Positions 8,503 to 16,933 of a stretch of 58,889 nt of DNA are shown here, piece by piece. Origin of the DNA: Candidatus Dojkabacteria bacterium (GTDB taxonomy: Bacteria > Patescibacteriota > Dojkabacteria > J137). The notes beneath the pieces were generated by a model that saw only the letters and a program-made list of their open reading frames with translations, was not told where the DNA came from and ran no database searches. The stretch covers positions 1 to 58,889 of the forward strand of contig CALDYZ010000039.1 in NCBI GenBank assembly GCA_937944235.1. The letters run 5' to 3'. Made by a program: the position numbers and the translations under genes. The stretch's first letter is position 1; each line of letters begins with the position of its first letter.

Positions 8503-10023
8503 ATGTCTATTTCTATTTCTAATACTAGTACCATGAAACCTTTACAAATTACTGACAGTACAATTTTACATTCAGCTGCACATGTTTTAGCAGCTGCAGT
8601 GATAAAAATGTTCCCTAATGTTGTCGTTGGAATCGGTCCGGTGCTAAGAAATACATTTTATTATGATTTTTCAGGAGTAGACAGAGATACAATAGAAAAA
8701 AACATAGACAAGATCCAGAACGAATGTGATAGTTTAGTAGAGAACATGATACCTATAACACAAACTTTTATGGAAAAGTATACTGCATATAATTATTTAC
8801 TCCAACATGGACAACTCTTGAAAGCAGAGTTGTTGCAAGTTATAGATGAAAAAAATATCAGTTTTTATTCTATAGATAAATGTTTCACAGATTTATGTAG
8901 AGGCCCCCATGTATCTAACACGAAAGATATTGGTTATATATTCATTAAAAGCGTAACCGAAGTTTATTGGAATAATGATCCATCTAGAGCTAAAATGGTC
9001 AGAATAAACGGTGTTTTGTTTTACTCAAAAAATGATAGAAACTACTACTCGTCATTACTATCAAATTATTACAGCAAAGACTTCTTTTTTTATTCCAAAA
9101 TGAATAAAATACTGAAAAAATTGAATGCCAAGAATTATCAATTTACGGTATTTGGTGTAGAAAGTTTGAATAATATAACTAATACCATTAATAACATTAT
9201 TCATCAGAATGTAAGTAAAAATTTACTGTACATAGACGCACCGTCTCTATTTGACAACAATCAACTAATTGATGAAAATTATATTACTAGCTATGTTTCC
9301 GAATCAGATAATTTTTCAATAATAGATAAAAGTAGCACAAAGAAATTAATACAAACAACAAGATTTTTAATTGAAAAGAAATTTTTTGCCATTCACGTAA
9401 ACATTATTCAGCAAGTATTAAAATTGTTTCGTCTATCAGAAGAGAATAATTTACTGATTGAAGTAATATCTGTTGACTTTGATGAAAACGTTACAAAACT
9501 TTCGTTACAACAAGTCCAAATGGTCAGCCAAAATTTGAAAAAAATATATGTAAACGAACTCCAACACCTTTTATCGGTAAAAGTATATGCGAATAATCAA
9601 ATAGGAGATGAAATTAAAATTTCTGAGATAATCATCGATAATCATAAAGATCAGTTTTATTCCATCACAGTATATTTTGACAAATTTACTATTCTAAAAT
9701 TAAGTGTAGAAGCAAATAACGGTTTCTTATCTAGTTTAAATAGATATGTTGATATTGTTATCATACCTATAAATAAAAACTCTGTCGAATTTTGCAATCT
9801 ATTACATAAAGATTTACTAAATAAACATTTTAGAGTAATAACATTATCTAAAAATAAAAGTTTAATGTCAAATATTATCACATCAGATATTTTACATCCT
9901 AAAGTAACATGTGTAGTTGGAGATAAGGAAGTACGAGTTAATGGTGTGTCAACAAGAGTTAATAGAAAAAATTTAGGTATTATTAAATTAGAAAATTTAG
10001 AGGAATATATAAAATCTTTATAA
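8503..10023 (+). CDS. ThrRS-like protein: editing (SAD) domain plus anticodon-binding-like C-terminus, with a degenerate catalytic core
   Basis: The ORF track starts at a GTG (8482) inside tRNA-Val, so ATG 8503 is more plausible. HSAAHVLAAAV...GIGPV..N.FYYDF and LCRGPHV match the ThrRS N2 editing domain. The C-terminus (VDIVIIPINK...VTCVVGDKEV...STRVNR) resembles a class IIa anticodon-binding domain. By eye the middle region lacks the RDHRKLG, CPGH, FYGPK and GS.ER motifs. The gene sits directly upstream of infC-rpmI-rplT. Confidence 0.6.
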   Translation: MSISISNTSTMKPLQITDSTILHSAAHVLAAAVIKMFPNVVVGIGPVLRNTFYYDFSGVDRDTIEKNIDKIQNECDSLVENMIPITQTFMEKYTAYNYLLQHGQLLKAELLQVIDEKNISFYSIDKCFTDLCRGPHVSNTKDIGYIFIKSVTEVYWNNDPSRAKMVRINGVLFYSKNDRNYYSSLLSNYYSKDFFFYSKMNKILKKLNAKNYQFTVFGVESLNNITNTINNIIHQNVSKNLLYIDAPSLFDNNQLIDENYITSYVSESDNFSIIDKSSTKKLIQTTRFLIEKKFFAIHVNIIQQVLKLFRLSEENNLLIEVISVDFDENVTKLSLQQVQMVSQNLKKIYVNELQHLLSVKVYANNQIGDEIKISEIIIDNHKDQFYSITVYFDKFTILKLSVEANNGFLSSLNRYVDIVIIPINKNSVEFCNLLHKDLLNKHFRVITLSKNKSLMSNIITSDILHPKVTCVVGDKEVRVNGVSTRVNRKNLGIIKLENLEEYIKSL

Positions 10024-10147
10024 GTAGACCTTACAAAAATAAAAAAGAGATAAATTTAAATTTTGTATGGAAATCTATATACACAATATAGTATAATTAG
10101 TAAGGAATGTTTATTGATTATCGTTATAAAGCAGAGCCATAAAAAAA

Positions 10148-10696
10148 ATTGTTAGAAAAAAGCCAAGAGAAGTCCGACAATTAGACATTAAAGCAAATGA
10201 AGATATAGTGTCTGAGAAGATTCAGACGATAGATGAAGGAGGCAATAATTTAGGTGTTTTGGCTAGGTCTGAAGCTTTAAATATAGCTAAAGATAGAGGT
10301 TTAGATCTGATACAAGTATCTTCAAGCGCTGATGGAAGCTATTGTACATGTATTATACAATCTCTATCAAAGTACAAATATGAAAAACAAAAAAAACTTA
10401 AAAAAGCTTCTGGTTCATCATCATCTAAACAAAAGGAATGGTGGTTCAAATCCAATATACAAGATAGAGATATTAAGGTAAAACTTGAAAAAGTTAGGGA
10501 GTACTTAGAAAAAGGGGGAATAGTTAAAATAGTCTTAAAAGCTTCACGTAAGGTTAGTTTGAGTGAATTAAAAGCTACTTTTGATAAAATAAGGGAAAAA
10601 TATTCTGAATTTGCTAAAGAAGTAGGACAGGTTAAGACAGATCAAGAAAACATTAACGTCAATGATATTAGTGTATTGATTAAGTTAAAAAAATGA
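10148..10696 (+). CDS. infC: Translation initiation factor IF-3, probable ATT (or ATA 10139) start
   Basis: The track ORF starts at GTG 10208. Conserved IF-3 N-terminal sequence (KANEDIVSEKIQTIDEGGNNLGVL) extends upstream in frame to a stop at 10127-10129, and no ATG/GTG/TTG lies in between. ATT at 10148 fits the known non-canonical infC start. The C-domain reads KEWWFKSNIQDRDIKVKLEKVREYLEKGG. Confidence 0.85.
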   Translation: MVRKKPREVRQLDIKANEDIVSEKIQTIDEGGNNLGVLARSEALNIAKDRGLDLIQVSSSADGSYCTCIIQSLSKYKYEKQKKLKKASGSSSSKQKEWWFKSNIQDRDIKVKLEKVREYLEKGGIVKIVLKASRKVSLSELKATFDKIREKYSEFAKEVGQVKTDQENINVNDISVLIKLKK

Positions 10697-10905
10697 AAAA
10701 ATTTAAGTTAAAAACACATAAATCAACAGTTAAACGTTTTAAGTTGTCGGGATCTGGAAAGGTATATAGATTAGAACAACAAAAACGTAATAATGCTCAT
10801 TTAAGATCAAAGAAAACACGTAGGCAAAAAGTACTACTGCAAGATAGGCTTGTGATTACATCAAAAGGCAATATAAAAAAAATAAAAAGATTATTACATG
10901 TTTAA
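10693..10905 (+). CDS. rpmI: 50S ribosomal protein L35
   Basis: 70 aa, basic (KLKTHKSTVKRFKLSGSGKVYR...NAHL). ATGA overlap with infC, in the canonical infC-rpmI-rplT order. Confidence 0.92.
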   Translation: MKKFKLKTHKSTVKRFKLSGSGKVYRLEQQKRNNAHLRSKKTRRQKVLLQDRLVITSKGNIKKIKRLLHV

Positions 10906-10915
10906 TTAGACTAAT

Positions 10916-11281
10916 ATGAAAGTTAAGAGAGGTGTCACAAAACACAAAAGACATAAAAAAATATTAAAATTAGCAAAAGGTTACAGAATGACTTATTCAA
11001 AGACATATAGAAAAGCAAAAGAAGCTGTTTTGCATGCTGGACAATACTCTTACAATCACAGGAAACATAGACACTCCCAATTTAGGAAAGAATGGATAAG
11101 GGTTATATCTGCATATCTCATGAATAATGATTTGGGTAGCTACAGCAAATTTATGAATCAACTAAAAAACAAGATGATCTTGATAGACAGGAAAGTTTTA
11201 GCAAACATGATACTCAAAGAACCTAAATTTATGGAAAATTTGGTAAGTTATGTTTATGGTTTTAAAATAGAAAAGGCTTAA
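10916..11281 (+). CDS. rplT: 50S ribosomal protein L20
   Basis: 121 aa (MKVKRGVTKHKRHKKILKLAKGYR...). It follows rpmI. Confidence 0.93.
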   Translation: MKVKRGVTKHKRHKKILKLAKGYRMTYSKTYRKAKEAVLHAGQYSYNHRKHRHSQFRKEWIRVISAYLMNNDLGSYSKFMNQLKNKMILIDRKVLANMILKEPKFMENLVSYVYGFKIEKA

Positions 11282-11606
11282 GGTATAAATATTCAGATAC
11301 ATATACAATTACAATAATAGTTAAATGCTTCATGAAATAGCTTTTTCTTGTGGTGGGATTGTGTGGTTTGATTATGAAGAAGAATAAAAAGAACATTTAT
11401 ACGTACATATATCTGTCATACATATGTGTGAATGGATATATATAGCTGAAATCTTACATTTACAGATATATTGAGTACTGACCACGGCTCGTTATATTCA
11501 CGAATGTCAAATATAGATAAATATAATATATAGATGCAGAACAACTTCAAAGGCAAAGTGTAACTGACAAATCGAGAAAAAACGACTATTATACTAGCAC
11601 TGTTTA

Positions 11607-11912
11607 TTAGCTGTTGCCCCTAGATAAAGCTTTTTTCTTTGGTTTATCTTTAAACAACCTAGTATTGTTACGGTCACCTTCTATTATTTTACTTTTTACT
11701 AACAAAGCGTATACCGTGTCAGTAGGCTGAGCTCCTACAGAAAGCCAATATTGCACCTTTGTTTGATCAACATTAAAATCTTTGGTAATCGGTGAATACC
11801 AACCTATCTGATCTAAAAAATAAGATTCTCTTTTCTCTCTTGCATTACAAACTACTATCTTGTAACTTGGTTTATTTTTTTTTCCAACTCTCGAGAGTCT
11901 TATTTTAACCAT
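11607..11912 (-). CDS. rpsP: 30S ribosomal protein S16
   Basis: 101 aa (MVKIRLSRVGKKNKPSYKIVV...GWYSP...VQYWLSVGAQPTDTV). Confidence 0.93.
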   Translation of the reverse strand: MVKIRLSRVGKKNKPSYKIVVCNAREKRESYFLDQIGWYSPITKDFNVDQTKVQYWLSVGAQPTDTVYALLVKSKIIEGDRNNTRLFKDKPKKKALSRGNS

Positions 11913-11947
11913 AATTTTATCTTAACAACATCAAGCTTTCTGTGATT

Positions 11948-12673
11948 TTATAATTTATCCATAATTTTTGCAACATAGTTATCAGCTTTTTGTAAAAAAT
12001 TCTTTGCTGCTTTCTCTTCAGCTTTGTGTTTGCTATTACCAAAACCTTCGGTCAACATAATATCCTTAACAAACAATCCCATCTTAAAGATTTTCTTATG
12101 ATCCGGACCGTATGAGGAAATCTCCCTATATTCCGGTGTGATCTTAAATAAACTTTGTAACATTTCTTGAACCTGCGTTTTAGCATTTTTGTGTAATTGT
12201 TTAGCAACTACATCCTCCACCTTATAGATTAATTCGCGGTAAATTAAATCTTTTACTACTTGGTAACCACTTGATAAATATATTACTCCTAACAGAGACT
12301 CAAAAAAATTAGCCAACGTACTAATATTCTTTAAACCTCCAGTGTTTATCTCACCTTGACTCATAATAATAAAATTGTGCAAATTTAACCTTTTAAACTC
12401 TTTGGCTAAACTTTCGGTTTTAACTAAAGCTGATCTTATTACCGTTAAATCCCCTTCTTTCAAGTTTTGATAATTGTTATATAAATACTCCGTAACCACA
12501 AGCTCAAGTACCGCATCACCTAAAAACTCCAATCTTTCATTATCTCTTATATTTTTATTCCTAACCTTAACAGATTTATGAGTAAAAGCTTCAGACAATA
12601 GCTTTTGGTCTATTACTTCATTTATCTGTAAGATCTTCATTATTTTTTTTATATCGGTATCGGACAATAACAT
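11948..12673 (-). CDS. rnc: Ribonuclease III
   Basis: 241 aa. The RNase III signature ERLEFLGDAVLELVVTEYLY is present, followed by a C-terminal dsRBD-like region. Confidence 0.92.
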   Translation of the reverse strand: MLLSDTDIKKIMKILQINEVIDQKLLSEAFTHKSVKVRNKNIRDNERLEFLGDAVLELVVTEYLYNNYQNLKEGDLTVIRSALVKTESLAKEFKRLNLHNFIIMSQGEINTGGLKNISTLANFFESLLGVIYLSSGYQVVKDLIYRELIYKVEDVVAKQLHKNAKTQVQEMLQSLFKITPEYREISSYGPDHKKIFKMGLFVKDIMLTEGFGNSKHKAEEKAAKNFLQKADNYVAKIMDKL

Positions 12674-12678
12674 AAAAT

Positions 12679-13143
12679 CTACAAATTAAAATACTTTCCG
12701 AGAATTACATTAGTTAAGGAGTACATTTTTCCAGCATTTAGCTCTTTATCCAACTCGATTGCTTCATCTATACCCACTTTTGGCGGAACATTTTTTAATA
12801 CCTCAACCTCAGTGGCAATAACATACCATATAGATTTTGTAAGATAGTCTATCTGTTCAATTGGTCTCTCTCGGGCTACCTTTGAAACTAAGTTATTAAG
12901 TTTGTCAACTACCTTTTCAAAGTTATTTGCTATAGAAACATATAAATCTCTATTGTAATCTTTTACAATACACTCATTTTCATAACCAATTTCAACCAAA
13001 ATTGTCTGGATTTCAAAAGACATAAAATGATTTTGATCTATATCACTATTAACGATAAACAAGTACTGATAAACATACTGCACCGATAAAATGCGGGAAA
13101 CATGGTTAGCAAAAAAGAGCTTAAATTTATATTTTGTTGACAT
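12679..13143 (-). CDS. nusB: NusB-family antitermination protein (divergent)
   Basis: 154 aa. The C-terminal half (IATEVEVLKNVPPKVGIDEAIELDKELNAGKMYSLTNVILGK) matches the NusB pattern: E-L...vP..V.I.EAvElak......fvNgvL. Confidence 0.55.
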   Translation of the reverse strand: MSTKYKFKLFFANHVSRILSVQYVYQYLFIVNSDIDQNHFMSFEIQTILVEIGYENECIVKDYNRDLYVSIANNFEKVVDKLNNLVSKVARERPIEQIDYLTKSIWYVIATEVEVLKNVPPKVGIDEAIELDKELNAGKMYSLTNVILGKYFNL

Positions 13144-13175
13144 TTAAATTAAATGTACCATCAATGCAACTATTG

Positions 13176-13385
13176 TTAATCTAAAACTTTTACGTTTTTA
13201 TAAACTTTATTATTTTTACTTACTACATGTGCTTTAAAAGAATATCCTTTTTTATTCAAAGAGAAAAGTGTACCTCCACACTTCTTCACTTTTCTAGCCA
13301 AAGTAATTAGCTTATTGTAACGATCAGAAGCTTTAGTGGATCTAGCTTTCTGCAAAGATCTTCTGTGTTTTGGAGTAGCGGCCAT
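13176..13385 (-). CDS. rpmF: 50S ribosomal protein L32 (Cys-poor form), probable
   Basis: 69 aa, basic. The N-terminus MAATPKHRRSLQKARSTKA resembles the L32 MAVPKRRTSKSK motif. No CxxC zinc motifs are present. Confidence 0.55.
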   Translation of the reverse strand: MAATPKHRRSLQKARSTKASDRYNKLITLARKVKKCGGTLFSLNKKGYSFKAHVVSKNNKVYKNVKVLD

Positions 13386-13443
13386 ACTGTAAAAATAAAA
13401 TCAAACTCATACTAGGAAAGTGTATCATAATATTACTTATTTA

Positions 13444-14019
13444 TCAAATTAATTTAGTTAATAAGTATATTTTTATGCAAGAAGAACCTGATTTGAAATG
13501 GCGAATTATGTTGATGAACTTATTATAGATCAAAACTTTATTTGTAAAATATCTCTTTGGAGATCTCACAACCACCACAGCGCTTGGTTTTGTCATTCTA
13601 CTCAATACTATTCTAAGTAAAGTTTCTTCAAAAATTGTAGAAAATACTGAAAAGGGAGGATCTATAAATATTAAATTTTCTGGAATTTTATGTCTGTATA
13701 GATAAACTAAAACATCTGACTTAATAAATTTAATATTAGATATATTATTTTTTTCAGCAAACTCCTTCAAAAAACGCTCAGACTCTGCAGAAGAATCAAC
13801 AAATGTGCATCTGATTGCACCTCTACTTATTGCCTCAAAACCATAACTACCAGAACCTGCATATAGATCTAAAACCTCTATACTTTCCTTTATTGATTCA
13901 ATATTTAGGTAATCAAAAATTTTAGATTTTATAAAATTTGTAACCGGTCTTGTATTCTTAGGGACTTTTAACCTTTTTAATTTGTACATCCCCTTTATAA
14001 TTTTAGGATTTTTCTGCAT
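13444..14019 (-). CDS. rsmD: 16S rRNA (guanine966-N2)-methyltransferase RsmD family
   Basis: 191 aa. The SAM motif VLDLYAGSGSYGFEAISRGA and the catalytic IFIDPPF are present. Confidence 0.8.
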   Translation of the reverse strand: MQKNPKIIKGMYKLKRLKVPKNTRPVTNFIKSKIFDYLNIESIKESIEVLDLYAGSGSYGFEAISRGAIRCTFVDSSAESERFLKEFAEKNNISNIKFIKSDVLVYLYRHKIPENLIFIDPPFSVFSTIFEETLLRIVLSRMTKPSAVVVVRSPKRYFTNKVLIYNKFINIIRHFKSGSSCIKIYLLTKLI

Positions 14020-14037
14020 GATATACTAAATTATTAA

Positions 14038-14526
14038 TTATCGCTCAAGATTCTTTAACAAAAAATAATACAAAACTATAGCAACGGTATTACTTACATT
14101 CAAAGAGTTTTTGATTCCCAACATTGGTAATTCACAAATAAAATCTGAAGTATCAATAACTTCGTTTGAAACACCAGTGATCTCATTTCCAAAAATAAAA
14201 AAAATCTCTTTGTTTTGATATTTTGTATTTTTGACAATTGTCTGGTAAATAACATTTATAGGGAGAGATTTGCTTGGATGTTGTTCTACTGCTATAAAAA
14301 CACCCTTTGTTTTATTTTGTAAATAAAATTCTTTATAATCATAAAAATATGTCCAAAACAACTCTTTTTCAGCACCTAAAGCTGTTTTAGATATTCGGAC
14401 ATCGTCTGGGGTAGGTGTTATACCTAATAATATTATTTTCTTTGTACCAGCTCCAGATGATGTTCGGAATATAGATCCTACGTTATATATTGACCGAATA
14501 TTATCAAGTACTACATTAATTATCAT
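14038..14526 (-). CDS. SpoU/TrmH-family RNA 2'-O-methyltransferase
   Basis: 162 aa. SPOUT motifs seen: NVGSIFRTSSGAG, FGNEITGVS and IPMLGIKNSLNVSNTVAIVLY. Confidence 0.8.
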   Translation of the reverse strand: MIINVVLDNIRSIYNVGSIFRTSSGAGTKKIILLGITPTPDDVRISKTALGAEKELFWTYFYDYKEFYLQNKTKGVFIAVEQHPSKSLPINVIYQTIVKNTKYQNKEIFFIFGNEITGVSNEVIDTSDFICELPMLGIKNSLNVSNTVAIVLYYFLLKNLER

Positions 14527-16522
14527 AAAAATAAAAAGGGTTATTATCTATAAAACTTGAAACTTCACCTTCATCTAAAATTTTTTTACCCAAATCTATT
14601 CCTTTATTTAAAGTATCTAAATTGACAAAAGAAGCTATCTTAAAATTTGGCATACCTATTTGTCTATCACCTAGCAGATCACCAGGTCCTCTCATTTGAA
14701 AATCTTTTTCTGCTAACGACATACCATCATTATTTTTTGTAAAAAAAACAATTTTTTCTAGCTGCAATTCATTTAGCTCCTCTTCCTCAATCAAGAAACA
14801 CATACCTTCTTTACCAGTTCTACCAACTCGCCCTCTTATTTGATGCAATTGAGATAACCCAAACATCTGAGGACTAACTATCAAGATCACATCTAAATCG
14901 GGTATATTGATACCTATTTCAACTATTGATGTAGCTACCAAAAACTGAGTCTGTCCATTTTTGAAATTGTCTAATATAACTAATTTTTTCTTTTCACTCA
15001 TATTACCTGTTAAACTACTTACAATTATATTAGGATTCATTGATTTTAATTTATTACTAAAATTTTCAACATTCATGAAATTATCACTTTCTGAGGCAGG
15101 AACAACTACTAAACATTTTTTTATGACACCCGTATTTACTTTTTCGATTAACTTTGCATAAAACTTATTTGACTTTAATCTTCTAACAAAAAAAGTTTTT
15201 ACTTTTCTTGTGCCAAATGGCATCATTTTTATAGAGTAAACCTCTAAATCATCAAACAGACACCTTAAGATTGTTCTTGGTATAGGAGTTGCTGTCATTT
15301 CAATAAAATTTGGTCTAGACATTTCATCGAAAAATGATTGTTCTTTTTGCAGAACACCAAATTTTTGTTGCTCATCAAACACGACAAGTCCTACATTCGT
15401 TATTTTTTTAAAGTTTAATGCTGTCGTACCAACTATAATCGAGTGTTCACAATCTTCTATTGTTGTTTTGTTATTTTTAGATAATTTTTTCAGGTTTATG
15501 TTAAGTTTATTACAAATTAAAGATAAATTTTCAAAATGCTGATCCACTAAAACAGAAGTAGGCGCCAACAAAAGTGAATTAGTATTTGAAAAATAGTTGA
15601 GTATCAACGCATAAAATGCTACAAAACTTTTACCACTTCCTACATCCCCTTGTACTAAGATATCGAAACGTTGGTTAGATTTATACTTTTCATATATATT
15701 TCGCATTATAGTTTCTTGATCATGTGATAAATTTACATTTAATATCTTTGAAAACATCAAAGGTGTAAATTCCGTCGTCATTTTGTAATTAACTTTTGAG
15801 TAAAACGGTCCAGACTTGCTATGTTTTAGTTTTATATAGATTGTTGCTATTTCATATAGACTTAGTTTCTGTATTATACTGTTAACTTTCTCAAGACTTT
15901 TTGGAAAGTGAATTTCATAAAGATCTTCAAAAGTTATATCAAAATGATTATTGATCAAAGTATTCAAAGATTTGTTTACTTTCAATAGTTTAAAAAAAAT
16001 TTTATGTAACATTCTTCTATAGTATTTGACTGAAATACCTTTTGTCAATTTATAAACAGGTGCTATTGTTCCTACATGCAATTGTCCTTTTTCCAGGTCT
16101 ACTTTTTCAATATCCAATAAAAAATTTTCTGTTCTCCCAAATTTATTTACATTTTTTTTTATTTTTAAATAATACTCATTGTCTTTTCGTATAGAATTAA
16201 CCAAATAATCCTTATTGAAAGATTTAACATTGATTTTTTTACCATCAAATTTGTCCAAAAAGACAAAATTTTGTAATGTTAGCTTAGGCTTTACACGTAA
16301 ATTTGAAGCTGATACGAGCTTAACACAAATGGTTGCGATTTGTTCCGATGAATTAATAAAATCAGTAAATCTCGTTAAATGTGATGTGTTTTCGTATCTA
16401 GTGGGAAATCTAAAAATTAAGTCACTCAAACTGGATACACCAAGATTTTGTAGTGCCCTAACAATTGTGTCATTAATTCTAAATATGGATGATATATTAC
16501 CTTTTAAGTCAATATTTATCAT
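14516..16522 (-). CDS. recG: ATP-dependent DNA helicase RecG
   Basis: 668 aa. It has an N-terminal wedge region, helicase motifs LVQGDVGSGKS and VFDEQQKFG, MTATPIPRT, then GRVGR and a C-terminal TRG-like region. Confidence 0.92.
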   Translation of the reverse strand: MINIDLKGNISSIFRINDTIVRALQNLGVSSLSDLIFRFPTRYENTSHLTRFTDFINSSEQIATICVKLVSASNLRVKPKLTLQNFVFLDKFDGKKINVKSFNKDYLVNSIRKDNEYYLKIKKNVNKFGRTENFLLDIEKVDLEKGQLHVGTIAPVYKLTKGISVKYYRRMLHKIFFKLLKVNKSLNTLINNHFDITFEDLYEIHFPKSLEKVNSIIQKLSLYEIATIYIKLKHSKSGPFYSKVNYKMTTEFTPLMFSKILNVNLSHDQETIMRNIYEKYKSNQRFDILVQGDVGSGKSFVAFYALILNYFSNTNSLLLAPTSVLVDQHFENLSLICNKLNINLKKLSKNNKTTIEDCEHSIIVGTTALNFKKITNVGLVVFDEQQKFGVLQKEQSFFDEMSRPNFIEMTATPIPRTILRCLFDDLEVYSIKMMPFGTRKVKTFFVRRLKSNKFYAKLIEKVNTGVIKKCLVVVPASESDNFMNVENFSNKLKSMNPNIIVSSLTGNMSEKKKLVILDNFKNGQTQFLVATSIVEIGINIPDLDVILIVSPQMFGLSQLHQIRGRVGRTGKEGMCFLIEEEELNELQLEKIVFFTKNNDGMSLAEKDFQMRGPGDLLGDRQIGMPNFKIASFVNLDTLNKGIDLGKKILDEGEVSSFIDNNPFYFYDN

Positions 16523-16691
16523 CAGTTATTTGATAGCAAAACGATTAACGAGGAAAGTATAGGGGTCAACAAAATACCTAAAAAAATAACAAACCCTATC
16601 AGATATAAAAACAATTGCCTTAGTTTTTTTTTATTAAACACTTTTTTAATTAACATAACCAAAAACCTTACTATACTACATTTAGATGTCA

Positions 16692-16776
16692 CGGAGAGTG
16701 AGGGATTCGAACCCCCGGTCCCTTACGAGACACCTGTTTTCAAGACAGGCACATTAGACCACTCTGTCAACTCTCC
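16692..16776 (-). tRNA. tRNA-Ser (UGA), long variable arm
   Basis: The reverse complement is GGAGAGTTGACAGAGTGGTCTAATGTGCCTGTCTTGAAAACAGGTGTCTCGTAAGGGACCGGGGGTTCGAATCCCTCACTCTCCG. The anticodon loop is CTTGAAA. Confidence 0.93.
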
Positions 16777-16933
16777 TAAAACTGGACTTCATGTAGTATA
16801 TCAAACTTTAGATCAAATTTGATGTTGATTATTAACGCTGATTGTATACTCACTTGTACATTAGGAATGTATAATGATTTAGTTGTTCATGTGATAAAAT
16901 AGGTCTATACAAGAAAAATAAACATATTTGATT

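Noticed and set aside
11325-11387. The 20-codon ORF MLHEIAFSCGGIVWFDYEEE as a real small protein.
   Set aside because: There is no supporting ribosome-binding signal or conservation evidence available. It is mentioned only within the spacer finding.
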